DNA from: Macrostomum hystrix
Taxonomy: Eukaryota; Animalia; Platyhelminthes
DNA: 64,000 bases
Assembly: GCA_950097015.1 (NCBI GenBank)
Contig: CATNEN010000039.1
Span: 7,006,001 to 7,070,000, forward strand
Direction: 5' to 3'
Shown one piece after another: positions 23,465 through 35,850 of the stretch; positions within the stretch are counted from its first letter, which is position 1, and the number at the start of each line of letters is the position of its first letter. The notes beneath the pieces were generated by a model. It did no database searches. It had not been told where the DNA came from and saw nothing but the letters and a program-made list of their open reading frames with translations. The translations under genes and the position numbers were made by a program.

Positions 23465-23890
23465 GATATCTATGATGTACTTTGCTAAAGCTTCAGTGGT
23501 TTCCTATCGTATTGTGCCATCATGTAGTTAGATTTCTCTTCTGCTGTTAAGGATGCGAAATTAGGAGTTTTCCCAGAAATGTTCTTTTCGAAATTCGAAC
23601 GTGCTGCGCTATACATATTCCAACTGCACTTAAGTAGGAAGTGGACCTCGTTTTGCACTTACTGCATAATCTATTCTCATACGGAATTTTTGGTCTCGCA
23701 GTTCGCAATGTTTCGCAAGCTAGCTTATGGTTTCCTAGTCTAAACGAGGATTTGGTACGTCTCAAACCCGGTTTGTATATTTGTTGTAAATATTTTTCGG
23801 CTGAATAATATTGCTTAAAAGAGTAAAAGAAGTGAATTAGCTTGCTTGAGTTCTGTGTCCTTTGTCTCCAATGCGTATCGAACTTATATG
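23465..23890 (-). mobile_element. 3' fragment of a non-LTR retrotransposon (CR1/L2-clade-like ORF2 tail)
   Basis: EKYL...SFRLGNHKLACET.R...IPYENRLCSKC is the typical ORF2 C-terminal motif. A longer homologous copy is at 56340-57140. Confidence 0.8.
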
Positions 23891-24431
23891 ACGGCAACTA
23901 GCATCTTTACATGATAAGTTCAATAGAGAGCTCATGAATACATACATATACGAGTATATATATCATTTAAATATGTTTGGAAGATTTATTGATATCCTCA
24001 AACTATCTGAAAGAGAAAGTTAATTATCAGTTCTCAGTCTTCAGACAACAATTTGCACAGCAACGACAACCTCCTACCATTCGACAAAGGTCGATGCTCA
24101 GCAATTTAATGGAATTAGAACGTAAAAAACGAGCAAATCAAACATTTAAAAAAGAAGTTTTAACAGTCAGACAGCAGGTCGGACTGAGTAAGACCACGAC
24201 GGAACTTAAAACAGTTCCCGCCAACCAGGGGGAGGGAGCAAATTAATGTACTCGGATCACATAACGCACGCTAGGCACTAACACCATTTCATCGGTTAAC
24301 TTGAAATTACTTTATCTTATCTATTTTCTGAGCGTCCATTGTTATTTACATATATAATAATTATATACTCTTAATCGTTATTCTGAATCATCGAAGTACT
24401 GGTCTTCTTGTTAAGAATTTTCAAGTGTCAT

Positions 24432-25728
24432 TCACTTGTCGAAACCAGGGTTCGCCTGCCCAGCCATCACTGCGCTGTAGGAGGGCGGCGCGGCTGAGAA
24501 CTGTGGGCTCGGCGCTCCCGTGGGGTGAAGCTGCGGCGCCGGGTACCTCGGCTGGGCTGGGTAACTGCCGGGTGGCGCGATGGTCACTTGGGCGCTGGAC
24601 ACCACGACGGACGCGGGGCCCTGATTCACGCGCCTAGCCTGGACGCGTCGGTAATTAATATACGTGTAAATCCCGACAATCATGAGACCGAATACGAACA
24701 GAGAGACGCCGACGATGACCCAAGTCCAGAAACTGGAACTGGTCGTCACGCTAGGCCCGTAGGGTGTGTTAGGCACGCGGTAGAAGATGCTGGTGCCGCC
24801 TGGGGGCGCAGAGCAGGCGTACTTGTTCCTGTCGTCGCAATCGTCCATGTAAATAGCATACAAATAGTTCCTATCGTTGAATGTTGCACAGCGTTCGTAC
24901 GAGTAGCAAGTGCTTGATGCACCGCCAGAGTTGCAACTTATCCCAGAGGTCCTGAAGAATAAAGATTCTGGAAACCCCTGTTAAACTTAATAAGAAAGTC
25001 GAAACAATGTATCGTCACAAAAACTCACTGGCGACTTTAAAACAAATAACTCACCAGAACTGACGAGTGCCATCCAGCCAGTAGTATTGGAATCTACTTA
25101 ATCGATCCGTCAGTCCGATCCACGTGTAGGACGACCTGAGACTGCTGGGCAGCATCCTCATGAACGATTTGATATCATTGGAATACGAAAGAGGCACATG
25201 CAGCAGATTTGACCGCATGCTGTTGCATGCGTTCTGAGCATCGAAATAATTGTAATACGTTACACTGCCTGTTCCGTAGCAGGTGTTGAATTGGTACAGG
25301 TACGTCCAACCTGGCGGACAGCCATTCAGATCCAATGCTCGGACTCGAATGGTGACGCCCTCGCTGTTCGATTGATCGCCAGTGGCGTCGAAGCGAACTT
25401 TCAAGAACTTCGACGGCGTCATGATGCTGGTCTGGAAGTCTCGAATGCTCGAGCCCGAGAACAGCACCTGATCTCCTGAGCTGATGGTGAACACTGCCGA
25501 GCTCAACTTGAACGACTGCACCTCGACAAAGAATGCGCGGTTCGGCGACTCGGCATTAAACTCACAGCTGAGACCGGACGAGTAGGCGGCCTCGTTCGGG
25601 CGTCTGGTTGTCAGGTAGAAGTCCGTGAGAGACGAGCTGACTGTGGTCGGCGAGTCGGGGCTGCAGTAGAAGCGATGCTCGGCCGCAGCGGCGAACACGA
25701 GACAGGCCAGCAGGACCAGTTTTTGCAT
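24432..25728 (-). CDS. CUB + C-type lectin single-pass membrane protein, copy A (exons 25728-25055, 24951-24432)
   Basis: Signal peptide; CUB-like domain (YSSGLSCEF...LKVRFDA...GVTIRV); C-type lectin (CPPGW, CY, AQNAC, WIGL, WLDGT, C...DDC...YAC); TM FWTWVIVGVSLFVFGLMIVGIY; Pro-rich tail with PPSY. 103-nt GT-AG phase-2 intron. Confidence 0.9.
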
Positions 25729-26469
25729 GCTGCAATCTGAGGACTTGGATTTTCACTTGTTGAGTACTCTTGCAATATTTGGTAGCATAGTCTTGTAGCC
25801 TTATAAAACTTACAACGAGCGTACAGTTAATATTGTTGGTCGTTTCGCCAAGACGTCATTGGTATTTTCATGCGCTTTCGATTTGATAAATATTGTTCTT
25901 AAGCTCACAAGACATGAGTCTGCAAGACCCAAATGCCTTCTGGAGTTCGGTCTCTGAAGTTACTGATAAGCTGCAAAGTAAGATTTCACTTGTTTTGTGG
26001 CTTGACGCACAGAGCCTTGCTGAATATAGTCAAGGTCTTAGATGACATTAAATTTCATACGCGCAAGCAACCGTATGACTAAGTAACTCTTTAGGATTGC
26101 TGTCCAATGAATGCATCTGTAATTATGATATGGTTATGATAATTATGACCTGACGCTCTATCAAGCAGGTGAATCAAGCGTGCACTTCTTCACATTGAAT
26201 CGGCTTGTTTTTTTCATTTCTGAAGTCGAAACTTTAAGCTTGTGTGCGTCCTAATATTATTATTAATGAAATCATAGGGAATCATATGACACGAAATCAT
26301 ATTTTAACTCGTATTTCGCAGCAACATTGAATAGAGAATCTAAGAAATTAGCTATTTTTTGTCTTAGCTTACGATTGAACCAATTTTGACAATAAATGCG
26401 ACGTCAATAAATTTTGACGTCGTAGCCGCAGACCAGCCTTCTGAAGGCGTTGCAGGGCCTCGACCAAAT

Positions 26470-27290
26470 TCTAATGCTGCAGCGTCTTGCCTGATACCGG
26501 AACGTCGCCGACAAAGACTTGTACCGATTCCAGGTCTCCGAGCAGCGAGTCGAGCGTGCGCTTTAACACGGCGCTGGCGCAATTGATGCCGAATGGCATG
26601 CGGTTCAACAGGTACGAGCCTCGCTGCTTGTTGATAATCCAGAAGGTCTTATGCACCGAGATAAAAACGGCAGCTGCAGGAAGACATTTGGCATGTTCAT
26701 TTAGGACCACTTGCAGCCGCCCCCCAGCTTGGCGAACAGGTCCTCGATGCACGGCAGCGGGTACAGCTCAGCCCTGGCTTTGCCGTTGTACGTCAGTTTG
26801 TAGTCGCCGCATACCCATGCCGTGCTGTTCTTCATCGGCGCGATCGGCGCAGCCCAGTCCGAGTATTTGAGCAGGCAACCTTGGTCCTCGGGGAACTGCG
26901 CCACCATGCCGTGCGCCTCGCCAGTCACCGCGTTGACTTGGTTTCAGCTCAGTCACCGCGGTTTCAGCTTCGTCAGCCAGTCGCGACAGAGCAGCACAAC
27001 TTCGTCATGCTCGACCACCAGCAGCGGCAGATCCTGGCCGTCGAGCTGGATAGCAACTTCCGTCTGTCCGACAGGTCGGAATCGCTCGCCGGTGTAGGTC
27101 CAATGCACCACGGAAGTTGGCATTTGACGAAGTACTGGCTGGACCTTCTCGTGGAGCTTTCTCGGAGTGATTGTCAACGATTATCAACCTCGAGTGGATC
27201 TCGAAGCGGCAAGGCTTGCCTTTTAGACGCAACTTGACCAAATTCTTGACCAAGCCGAATTCGAACCTCACACTTAACATCCGCCGCCCT
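26470..27290 (-). pseudogene. Decayed Ty3/Gypsy pol fragment (protease and RT)
   Basis: Frameshifted motifs SDWAAPI, VCGDYKLT.N, YPLPCIEDLFAKLGGG, NRMPFGI..AS, VFVGDVPVSGKT (eroded YLDD). Confidence 0.85.
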
Positions 27291-27838
27291 TTATTTCGGC
27301 TTAAAGCTTACCACTGTTTAAACTAATAATGGGAGACACAACAAAACAATAGGGCCACAATTATTTTATTTCCGGAATTATTAGGAGTGAAAATTCACGC
27401 TACTCTGTTGCTCTTTGTGTTGCTCTCTGCTGCTCTAAGTAGGCTCTTTGTTTTTTTTACATAATGCTACCTCATCCGTGAAATAAGAGTGTAGTTGGAA
27501 CTAACTCAGTCAATTCATGTTTGCTAGCCGAACTCACAAAAGGTGAGAAACGAAGAGAAAGAAGACGAAAGAATTTATTTTGAACATTACACTGATGCAA
27601 CGTACAATATTAGAACAACGCCATTTGATTGGCTGGGGTTAAAACACACAGAAATGAGCTAGCAAGAATGTACACAAGGTAGAGGTAGGCAGACAGCTTG
27701 AAAGGGTGCACAGCTGAGAGAGAGAGACACTGCAGAACAACTGCAATAACACGAAAGCACAACCCAACTTGAGAAACAAGCAAGGCAAAGCCAGATTGTG
27801 TAGTTCAAGGAGGTCAGCTGCAATCTCGGCAGCTGCAA

Positions 27839-28489
27839 CTAGCCAAAAGTCAGAAATACGGTCCCGTCGCCAGCTTTGACGCACCGGAATCCGAACCTCG
27901 TCAGCTGCCGCACCTGCCCTATGTCGTTGTCGATGATAAAGAGCTTGCTGCCTTCGTCTTGCCGGAGCAGCTGCGGCAGCTGCTTTTTCACAAAATTCAT
28001 CTTGGTCCTGACCTCAGCAAAGCTCAGAACGATAAAGTCAAAGTGCTGGTCGGAGTCCCAGATTTTATCTGCGTACTCTTCCATGCTGATGTCTATTTCA
28101 AAGCATACCTGAAATGTCTTGACTGGGCCTTCTTTCTTGATGGCAGTAGCCTGCCTGTAGAATGACTCCCATGGCCAGTCAAAAAGATCCACTCCGGTGA
28201 GCCGGATGTCAAAACCTTCAAGATCCTCCGCCTCGCAGACGGACTGGAAGACGTCCATTACAGCCAGCAGGTCGCTACCCGGACCGCAGCCCAGCGACAG
28301 GACCTCGAAGCTGACCCTGTCAGTTGACATGATCGCGGAGTGCATCTCCTGCTCGATGAAGCTGCTCACCAGTCGTCGCTTATTGCCCAGCTCGAACTTT
28401 GTGTACGCCCTGCGAAAGGCAGGTTTCTTGAAGAAATCCAGATTGCCTTTGTTGCTACTCTTGCACCACTGACTGTATGTGTAAGTCAT
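27839..28489 (-). CDS. Class I SAM-dependent methyltransferase-like protein, paralogue 1 (216 aa, intronless)
   Basis: Motif I VLSLGCGPGSD, motif II LTGVD, FDFIVLSF, GSKLFIID. Paralogous to 29695-30360. Confidence 0.8.
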   Translation of the reverse strand: MTYTYSQWCKSSNKGNLDFFKKPAFRRAYTKFELGNKRRLVSSFIEQEMHSAIMSTDRVSFEVLSLGCGPGSDLLAVMDVFQSVCEAEDLEGFDIRLTGVDLFDWPWESFYRQATAIKKEGPVKTFQVCFEIDISMEEYADKIWDSDQHFDFIVLSFAEVRTKMNFVKKQLPQLLRQDEGSKLFIIDNDIGQVRQLTRFGFRCVKAGDGTVFLTFG

Positions 28490-29694
28490 GCTGGCAGGCT
28501 ATCTCGAGCACCGCCAGAGAATATAGGGAGCATAGCTGATCTCCACATTTATTGGGCTTAAGTGTACAATGGGCAGAATGTGCAGTTGTATTTTTAGCTA
28601 TGACCTATTAGCTAGAAATTTGAGCTCAAAGAAAAGTTCTTAATTTGGGCCATGGGTTGAATGCCAAAATCTTCCTTAAACGTTACTATCCTACTTTCAG
28701 TTTTCTGGCCGGTGAGAATGCATTCAGCAGCTCTTCATAATAATAAACAAAATCTCACGCCAGACGAGAGGGAACTCATTTATCGTGCTCATTTTTCCGC
28801 TTATTTACAAATTTGTTAATTTATTAGGCTAGCAAGCAACTATTCAAATTTGCAAGGAAAACATGCGGCATGTACATTTTTCAGACAAGCATACACATCA
28901 TTCCAACCTAGAACGAGCATATACTACTTCCATGTTCATCACAAAAACAATATGATGACTTTTGGAATTATAGTTTGACCATTCTTGGGACGATGCTTGG
29001 GATGATTCTTGTTGTGATTCATAGGGTTATTCTTGTGATGATTCTTGTGAAGTGTATTTGAAACAGCGAACCTGCCTTCTGATCTCCTGTCTCCCTTCTT
29101 ATTTTCATTTTTTCAAAAAGCTAATAACCACGAGAAAAACATGCAATTAAATGAGCAAATTTTCGGCAAGGAAGATTTAACCAATAAATGCTCAGTGCGC
29201 TGCCACTGGGAGTCCAGCTCTGAAATTTGAGCATTTAAGCGAGTTAAAATGCAGCGGTGTTGAGTCCTTGCAAAGGCTTTACTTTGTGAATGTCAGCGCC
29301 ATTGTTCAGCCCCCTCACTCCTTGGCTCATTGTACAATGAACTCTTGAGTACAATGGCTGGGTCTCGCTACTCACCCCTGGTCTATAGAGTGCAGGGTTA
29401 TGGACAACATGGAACTAAGATGTGCGTCACCGATGCAGCGGAAAGAATACAATAGCTGGGAGTCACGGAGAGGCAAAGAGCAATGGACTGGCAAGAAGCT
29501 GTGTAGTACTAGAATATCTTTTATCTTCAAATCCAATGCCAACATCACATTTTTAATATCAGCAACAATACAAGACCACTTTTTGCATGTATTGAATTGA
29601 CACATTTTGTTTTCAGTGTATTTTGAATACATTGAGCACAGACTGACCACGAATCGCTAAGGAGGAAGTTAAAACGTGCCGCTGCAATCTCAAA

Positions 29695-30360
29695 TTAGCT
29701 TCGCTTTAACATAAGGCCCACAGTTTTGAAATGAAAATGTCCGATGATCTGGTAACCAAAATTCGTCAGCTCCCGCACCGGCCTGATGTAATTGTCGATC
29801 ACGAAAATCCTGCTGCCTTCGTCTCGCAGTAGCCGCGGCAGCCGCTTAGCCACAAAGTCAATCTTTGACTTAACCTCAGCGAAGCTCAGAATGATGAAGT
29901 CGAAGCACTTATCATCGGTGTTCCAGATTTCATTGAAATACTGTTCCATGTCCTGTTTAACAAAGTAGGACTCGTTAGACACCTTGATCAGACCCCGAGC
30001 TTCAATAGCAGATTGCTGCGCTCGAAATGCACCACGTGACGTCGACCAGTCATTGTGGTCGACACCGGTGACCTTAACATTAAGACGTCCCATTGTTGTG
30101 CCGACTGACTGAAGCACCTGCATCGTAGCCAGCATGTCAGTGCCTGGACCGCAGCCCAGCGACAGAACTCTGTAGCTGGTCCTGCTGGTTGACATGATAG
30201 CGGCGCTCATCTCCCTCTTGATCAGGCGGAGCACCATTTTCTTCTTCTTTGTCAGCTGAGAGCGGGCATAGTATCTGCGGAAATCTTCATCTGACCAGAA
30301 TATTTCGCTACCTTTGTCTTTTGACATCAGCCACTCCATGTAGATGGCAGGCGCAGACAT
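29695..30360 (-). CDS. Class I SAM-dependent methyltransferase-like protein, paralogue 2 (221 aa, intronless)
   Basis: VLSLGCGPGTD, VTGVD, FDFIILSFAEV, GSRIFVIDN. Both paralogues keep open frames despite heavy divergence. Confidence 0.8.
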   Translation of the reverse strand: MSAPAIYMEWLMSKDKGSEIFWSDEDFRRYYARSQLTKKKKMVLRLIKREMSAAIMSTSRTSYRVLSLGCGPGTDMLATMQVLQSVGTTMGRLNVKVTGVDHNDWSTSRGAFRAQQSAIEARGLIKVSNESYFVKQDMEQYFNEIWNTDDKCFDFIILSFAEVKSKIDFVAKRLPRLLRDEGSRIFVIDNYIRPVRELTNFGYQIIGHFHFKTVGLMLKRS

Positions 30361-31021
30361 TTTTCAAGGATGATTTTTCATATAGTAGGGCATTTAGCAA
30401 AACGGTGGTATTCACCAGAACCCTTCACTACAAACCGGCGGTGAAGCGCTTCCTATATTATACTGGAATTGTATTGGCTGCTCGTGTCGTCGGAATTTCC
30501 ATGGAAAACCCATCGCATCTACGAGTATTTTTAACAACTGAACCTCAGCTATACATCGATAAAATCCCACAATCCTTTTGAACTAGTATATTGTGTACCC
30601 GATTTTTGGAAACAATAAAAGCTGGAAGATCGTTTATCTTTAAACTTCTACTGTTATGATGAGCGCAGTGCTGTTCATTGGAGCAGGAATAATATATTAA
30701 GGTAATAGAATGGCACTTGAAATGCGTGTGCATTATAATACGAGCGTATATGCGAGTATTTAGCTCGTAGAATATGAAGAAAAATGACAGAACCAACATT
30801 TATTAATTTCTTGTCAATGCTTTCCAACCTAAGCGCTCATGATCAGAGCTTGTTTATTCAAAGAGAGAAAAAAAATGTCTTTATTCGCTAATTTTAAATT
30901 AAAGCTTAAGTGACAAGTCGATGGGCGTTCAATTGGGTGACCAAATTAATCGATGCCTGGCCGATTCGCGTGCCGCCTCCAGGTCCTGATAAATTAGCTT
31001 AGAACTGCTAAACAGAGACTC

Positions 31022-31472
31022 ATGAAGAAAATCCGCATCGATGGATCCAGTACTTCGAGTTCAGAGCTAAGCTCAACGACTGAAAGGACGGAACGAAGTG
31101 AGACGCCTTTCTGGCCCTGGTCGGATATTCAACCTCACCGACGCAGCACTGCCAGAAAAAGTCGAATCGAAGTCCAACGACAACCTGGTAGATTCCCCAG
31201 AGAAGCGAGTAACGGGCGAGAGAAGTCTGTGATCGCAAGCAGATGCGAGTTTCATAAGGCGAAGCAAAACAGCAGCGAAGACATCTTGGCCTATAGCCGG
31301 AGGTTGTTGTACCTCTCGGAAGAATGTGAATTCGCCGATAATATCGACCGCACTATCCAAGTAAGAAAAACGAAATTCATTTCACATCAACGAAAAATCA
31401 GCACAATCTATGTTTTTATGACTGAAATTGGCATCGTTACATGTTCAGGTCAATAGAGAGATGGACTATTGA
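31022..31472 (+). CDS. Putative small protein with a Gypsy gag (capsid C-terminal)-like segment; possible exons 31022-31360 and 31449-31472
   Basis: SVIASRCEFHKAKQNSSEDILAYSRRLLYLSEECEF resembles the gag major-homology motif (F..R.Q..GE.I..Y...L..LA..CEF). CAA|GTAAG ... TTCAG|GTC intron; AATAAA near 31497. Confidence 0.5.
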
Positions 31473-31665
31473 ACAATAACATCAAACCACCTGACAAATA
31501 AAGTCCCAATTTAATGTATCTTATTTTGATTTTTCTAATTACCATATCTCATTTTTTTCGAGCGTGTATTATTATTTACATACATATAATCTTACTCTTA
31601 ATCGTTATTCTTAATCATCGAAGTCTTGCAGCAGCGAAAGGTTGTTAAGAATTTTCAAGTGTCAT

Positions 31666-32962
31666 TCACTTGTCGAAACCAGGGTTCGCCTGCCCAGCCA
31701 TCACTGCGCTGTAGGAGGGCGGCGCCTCTGAGAACTGTGGGCTCGGCGATCCCATGGGGTACAGCTGCGGCGCCGGGTACCTCGGCTGGGCTGGGTAACT
31801 GCCGGGTGGCGCGATGGTCACTTGGGCGCTGGACACCACGACGGACGCGGGGCCCTGATTCACGCGCCTAGCCTGGACGCGTCGGTAATTAATATACGTG
31901 TAAATCCCGACAATCATGAGACCGAATACGAACAGAGAGACGCCGACGATGACCCAAGTCCAGAAACTGGAACTGGTCGTCACGCTAGGCCCGTAGGGTG
32001 TGTTAGGCACGCGGTAGAAGATGCTGGTGCCGCCTGGGGGCGCAGAGCAGGCGTACTTGTTCCTGTCGTCGCAATCGTCCATGTAAATAGCATACAAATA
32101 GTTCCTATCGTTGAATGTTGCACAGCGTTCGTACGAGTAGCAAGTGCTTGATGCACCGCCAGAGTTGCAACTTATCCCAGAGGTCCTGAAGAATAAAGAT
32201 TCTGGAAACCCCTGTTAAACTTAATAAGAAAGTCGAAACAATGTATCGTCACAAAAACTCACTGGCGACTTTAAAACAAATAACTCACCAGAACTGACGA
32301 GTGCCATCCAGCCAGTAGTATTGGAATCTACTTAATCGATCCGTCAGTCCGATCCACGTGTAGGACGACCTGAGACTGCTGGGCAGCATCCTCATGAACG
32401 ATTTGATATCATTGGAATACGAAAGAGGCACATGCAGCAGATTTGACCGCATGCTGTTGCATGCGTTCTGAGCATCGAAATAATTGTAATACGTTACACT
32501 GCCTGTTCCGTAGCAGGTGTTGAACTGGTTCAGGTACGTCCAACCTGGCGGACAGCCATTCAGATCCAATGCTCGGACTCGAATGGTGACGCCCTCGCTG
32601 TTCGATTGATCGCCAGTGGCGTCGAAGCGAACTTTCAAGAACTTCGACGGCGTCATGATGCTGGTCTGGAAGTCTCGAATGCTCGAGCCCGAGAACAGCA
32701 CCTGATCTCCTGAGCTGATGGTGAACACTGCCGAGCTCAACTTGAACGACTGCACCTCGACAAAGAATGCGCGGTTCGGCGACTCGGCGTTGAACTCACA
32801 GCTGAGACCGGACGAGTAGGCGGCCTCGTTCGGGCGTCTGGTTGTCAGGTAGAAGTCCGTGAGAGACGAGCTGACTGTGGTCGGCGAGTCGGGGCTGCAG
32901 TAGAAGCGATGCTCGGCCGCAGCGGCGACCACGAGACAGGCCAGCAGGACCAGTTTTTGCAT
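31666..32962 (-). CDS. CUB + C-type lectin membrane protein, copy B (exons 32962-32289, 32185-31666)
   Basis: Near-identical to copy A at an offset of 7234 bp, including the intron. Confidence 0.9.
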
Positions 32963-33877
32963 GCTGCAATCTGAGGACTTGGATTTTCACTTGTTGAGTA
33001 CTCTTGCAATATTTTCTTGCGACTCTGTCTTATAACGACAAAGTGTACAGTTTAGTTTTTTGGCCGTTTCGCCCAGTCGTCGATGCAATTTTTGTGGGCC
33101 TGCGATTAGATAAGCACTCATGCTTAGGCTTAGGCTCTCTTGACACCAATACTGTAATATCCAAAAACCAATGGACTTTGGTTATATTACTGTGGTCACA
33201 GATAAGGGGAAAAAATTCTATTTTTCTTTGCATGACGCACTGAGCTTTAGTTTGTTTCCTAAGCAGTACCAGCAGTAATGCTGATAATAAGTCAAGGTCT
33301 TATGTGACATAAAATTTCATGCGCACAGTCTGCAGTATGGCAAATTGACGCTTCAGGATTGCTGTCCTATCAACGCATCTGTAATTGTGATAGGGTCACC
33401 TGATCAAGCAGGTGAATCATGTGTGCACGTCTTCACATTGACTCAGCAAGTTTTTTTCCCGATATTCGAAGGCGAAGCTATTATCCTAAGCTTCTGGCGA
33501 ACAAAAACGACGTGGTGCAATTTAAAATGTCATTACCATGCATGGAGCATAACTATTCTTCGTTTTCTAATACGAGTGTAGCTCGTACTTCGAGTATAAA
33601 TTTGAACAAGATAACTTGCTACATACGATCCATGATAACTCACATGAACAATAGCTTCCCACTATTTGATGACAACGGCACATACGTCGGTAAAATCTAC
33701 AGACAGGTTAGTAATCGCAAGAGACAGTTTAGTGACAGATGCGTACAGTTCACCAAAAATACATTGGGTGGGTACAGCTAGACACATAGACACAATCAAA
33801 TACTGGTTGGTAATCGCCAGGCCCGTTATCTAACGGCTGCGTGCAGTTCGACAAAACATACGCTGTTTGGTAATAAT

Positions 33878-35850
33878 GAGAGACAGTTCGGTAACAGCTG
33901 AGACAGTTGAGTAACCGCTAGAGATAGATTAGTAACCGCTAGAGACAGATTAGTAACAGTAGAGACAGTTGAGTAACCGCTAGACAGATTAGTAACAGTA
34001 GAGACAGTCTAGTAACCGCTAGAGACAGATTAGTAACAGTAGAGACAGTCTAGTAACAGCTATAGACAGATTAGTAACAGTAGAGACAGTCTAGTAACAG
34101 CTGAGACAGTCTAGTAACAGCTGAGACAGTTTAGTAACAGTAGAGACAGTCTAGTAACAGTAGAGACAGATTAGTAACAGTAGAGACAGTCTAGTAACAG
34201 TAGAGACCGTCTAGTAACAGCTGAGACAGTCTAGTAACAGTAGAGCCAGACAAGTAACAGCTGATACAGTCTAGTAACAGTAGAGACAGTCTAGTAACAG
34301 TAGAGACAGTCTAGTAACAGCTGAGACAGTTGAGTAACCGCTAGAGACAGTTGAGTAACCGCTAGAGACAGATTAGTAACAGCTGAGACAGTTTAGTAAC
34401 AGTAGAGACAGTCTAGTAATAGTAGAGACAGTCTAGAAACAGTAGAGACAGATTAGTAACAGTAGAGACCGTCTAGTAACAGCTGAGACAGTCTAGTAAC
34501 AGCTGAGACAGTCTAGTAACAGCTGAGACAGTTTAGTAACAGTACAGACAGTCTAGTAACAGTAGAGACAGTTTAGTAACAGTACAGACAGTCTAGTAAC
34601 AGCTTAGACAGTTTAGTAACAGTAGAGACAGTCTAGTAACAGTAGAGACAGTCTAGTAACAGTAGAGACAGTCTAGTAACAGCTGAGACAGTCTAGTAAC
34701 AGCTGAGACAGTTTAGTAACAGTACAGACAGTTTAGTAACAGTACAGACAGTCTGGTAACTGCTGAGACAGTTGAGTAACCGCTAGAGACAGATTAGTAA
34801 CAGTAGAGACAGTCTAGTAACAGTAGAGACAGTCTAGTAACAGTAGAGACAGTCTAGTAACAGCTGAGACAGTCTAGTAACAGTAGAGACCGTCTAGTAA
34901 CAGCTGAGACAGTCTAGTAACAGCTGAGACAGTTTAGTAACAGTACAGACAGTCTAGTAACAGTAGAGACAGTTTAGTAACAGTACAGACAGTCTTGTAA
35001 CAGCTTAGACAGTTTAGTAACAGTAGAGACAGTCTAGTAACAGTAGAGACAGTCTAGTAACAGTAGAGACAGTTTAGTAACAGCTGAGACAGTCTAGTAA
35101 CAGCTGAGACAGTTTAGTAACAGTACAGACAGTTTAGTAACAGTACAGACAGTCTGGTAACTGCTGAGACAGTTGAGTAACCGCTAGAGACAGATTAGTA
35201 ACAGTAGAGACAGTCTGGTAACAGTAGAGACAGTTAAGTAACAGTTAGTAACAGTAGAGACAGTCTAGTAACAGTAGAGACAGTCTAGTAACAGTAGAGA
35301 CAGTTTAGTAACAGTACAGACAGTCTAGTAACAGTAGAGACAGTCTAGTAACAGTAGAGACCGTCTAGTAACAGCTAGAGACAGTTTAGTAACATAAGAG
35401 CCAGTCTAGTAACAGCTGAGACAGTTGAGTAACAGCTAGAGACAGATTAGTAACAGCTAGAGATAGATTAGTAACAGCTGAGACAGTTTAGTAAAAGTAG
35501 AGACCGTCTAGTAACAGTAGAGACAGTCTAGTAACAGCTGAGACAGTTGAGTAACCGCTAGAGACAGTTTAGTAACAGCTAGAGACAGTTGAGTAACCGC
35601 TAGACACAGTTTAGTAACCGCTAGAGACAGTTTAGTAACAGCTAGAGACAGGTTAGTAACAGCTGAGACAGTTGAGTAACCGCTAGAGACAGTTTAGTAA
35701 CAGCTAGAGTCAGATTAGTAACAGCTAGAGATAGATTAGTAACAGCTGAGACAGTTTAGTAACAGCTAGAGACAGTTTAGTAACAGCTGAGACAGTTGAG
35801 TAACAGCTAGACAGAGTTATGTATCAGCCAGAAACAGTTTAGTAACTGCT
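33878..35850. repeat. Satellite array of about 2 kb, 20-21-bp unit (AGACAGTCTAGTAACAGTAG / AGACAGTCTAGTAACAGCTG)
   Basis: Roughly 95-100 tandem units with recurring variants and degenerate edges. Confidence 0.97.

Noticed and set aside
33878-35850. Possible CRISPR-like array
   Set aside because: Units are contiguous with no unique spacers, there are no cas genes, and the context is eukaryotic. It is a satellite.
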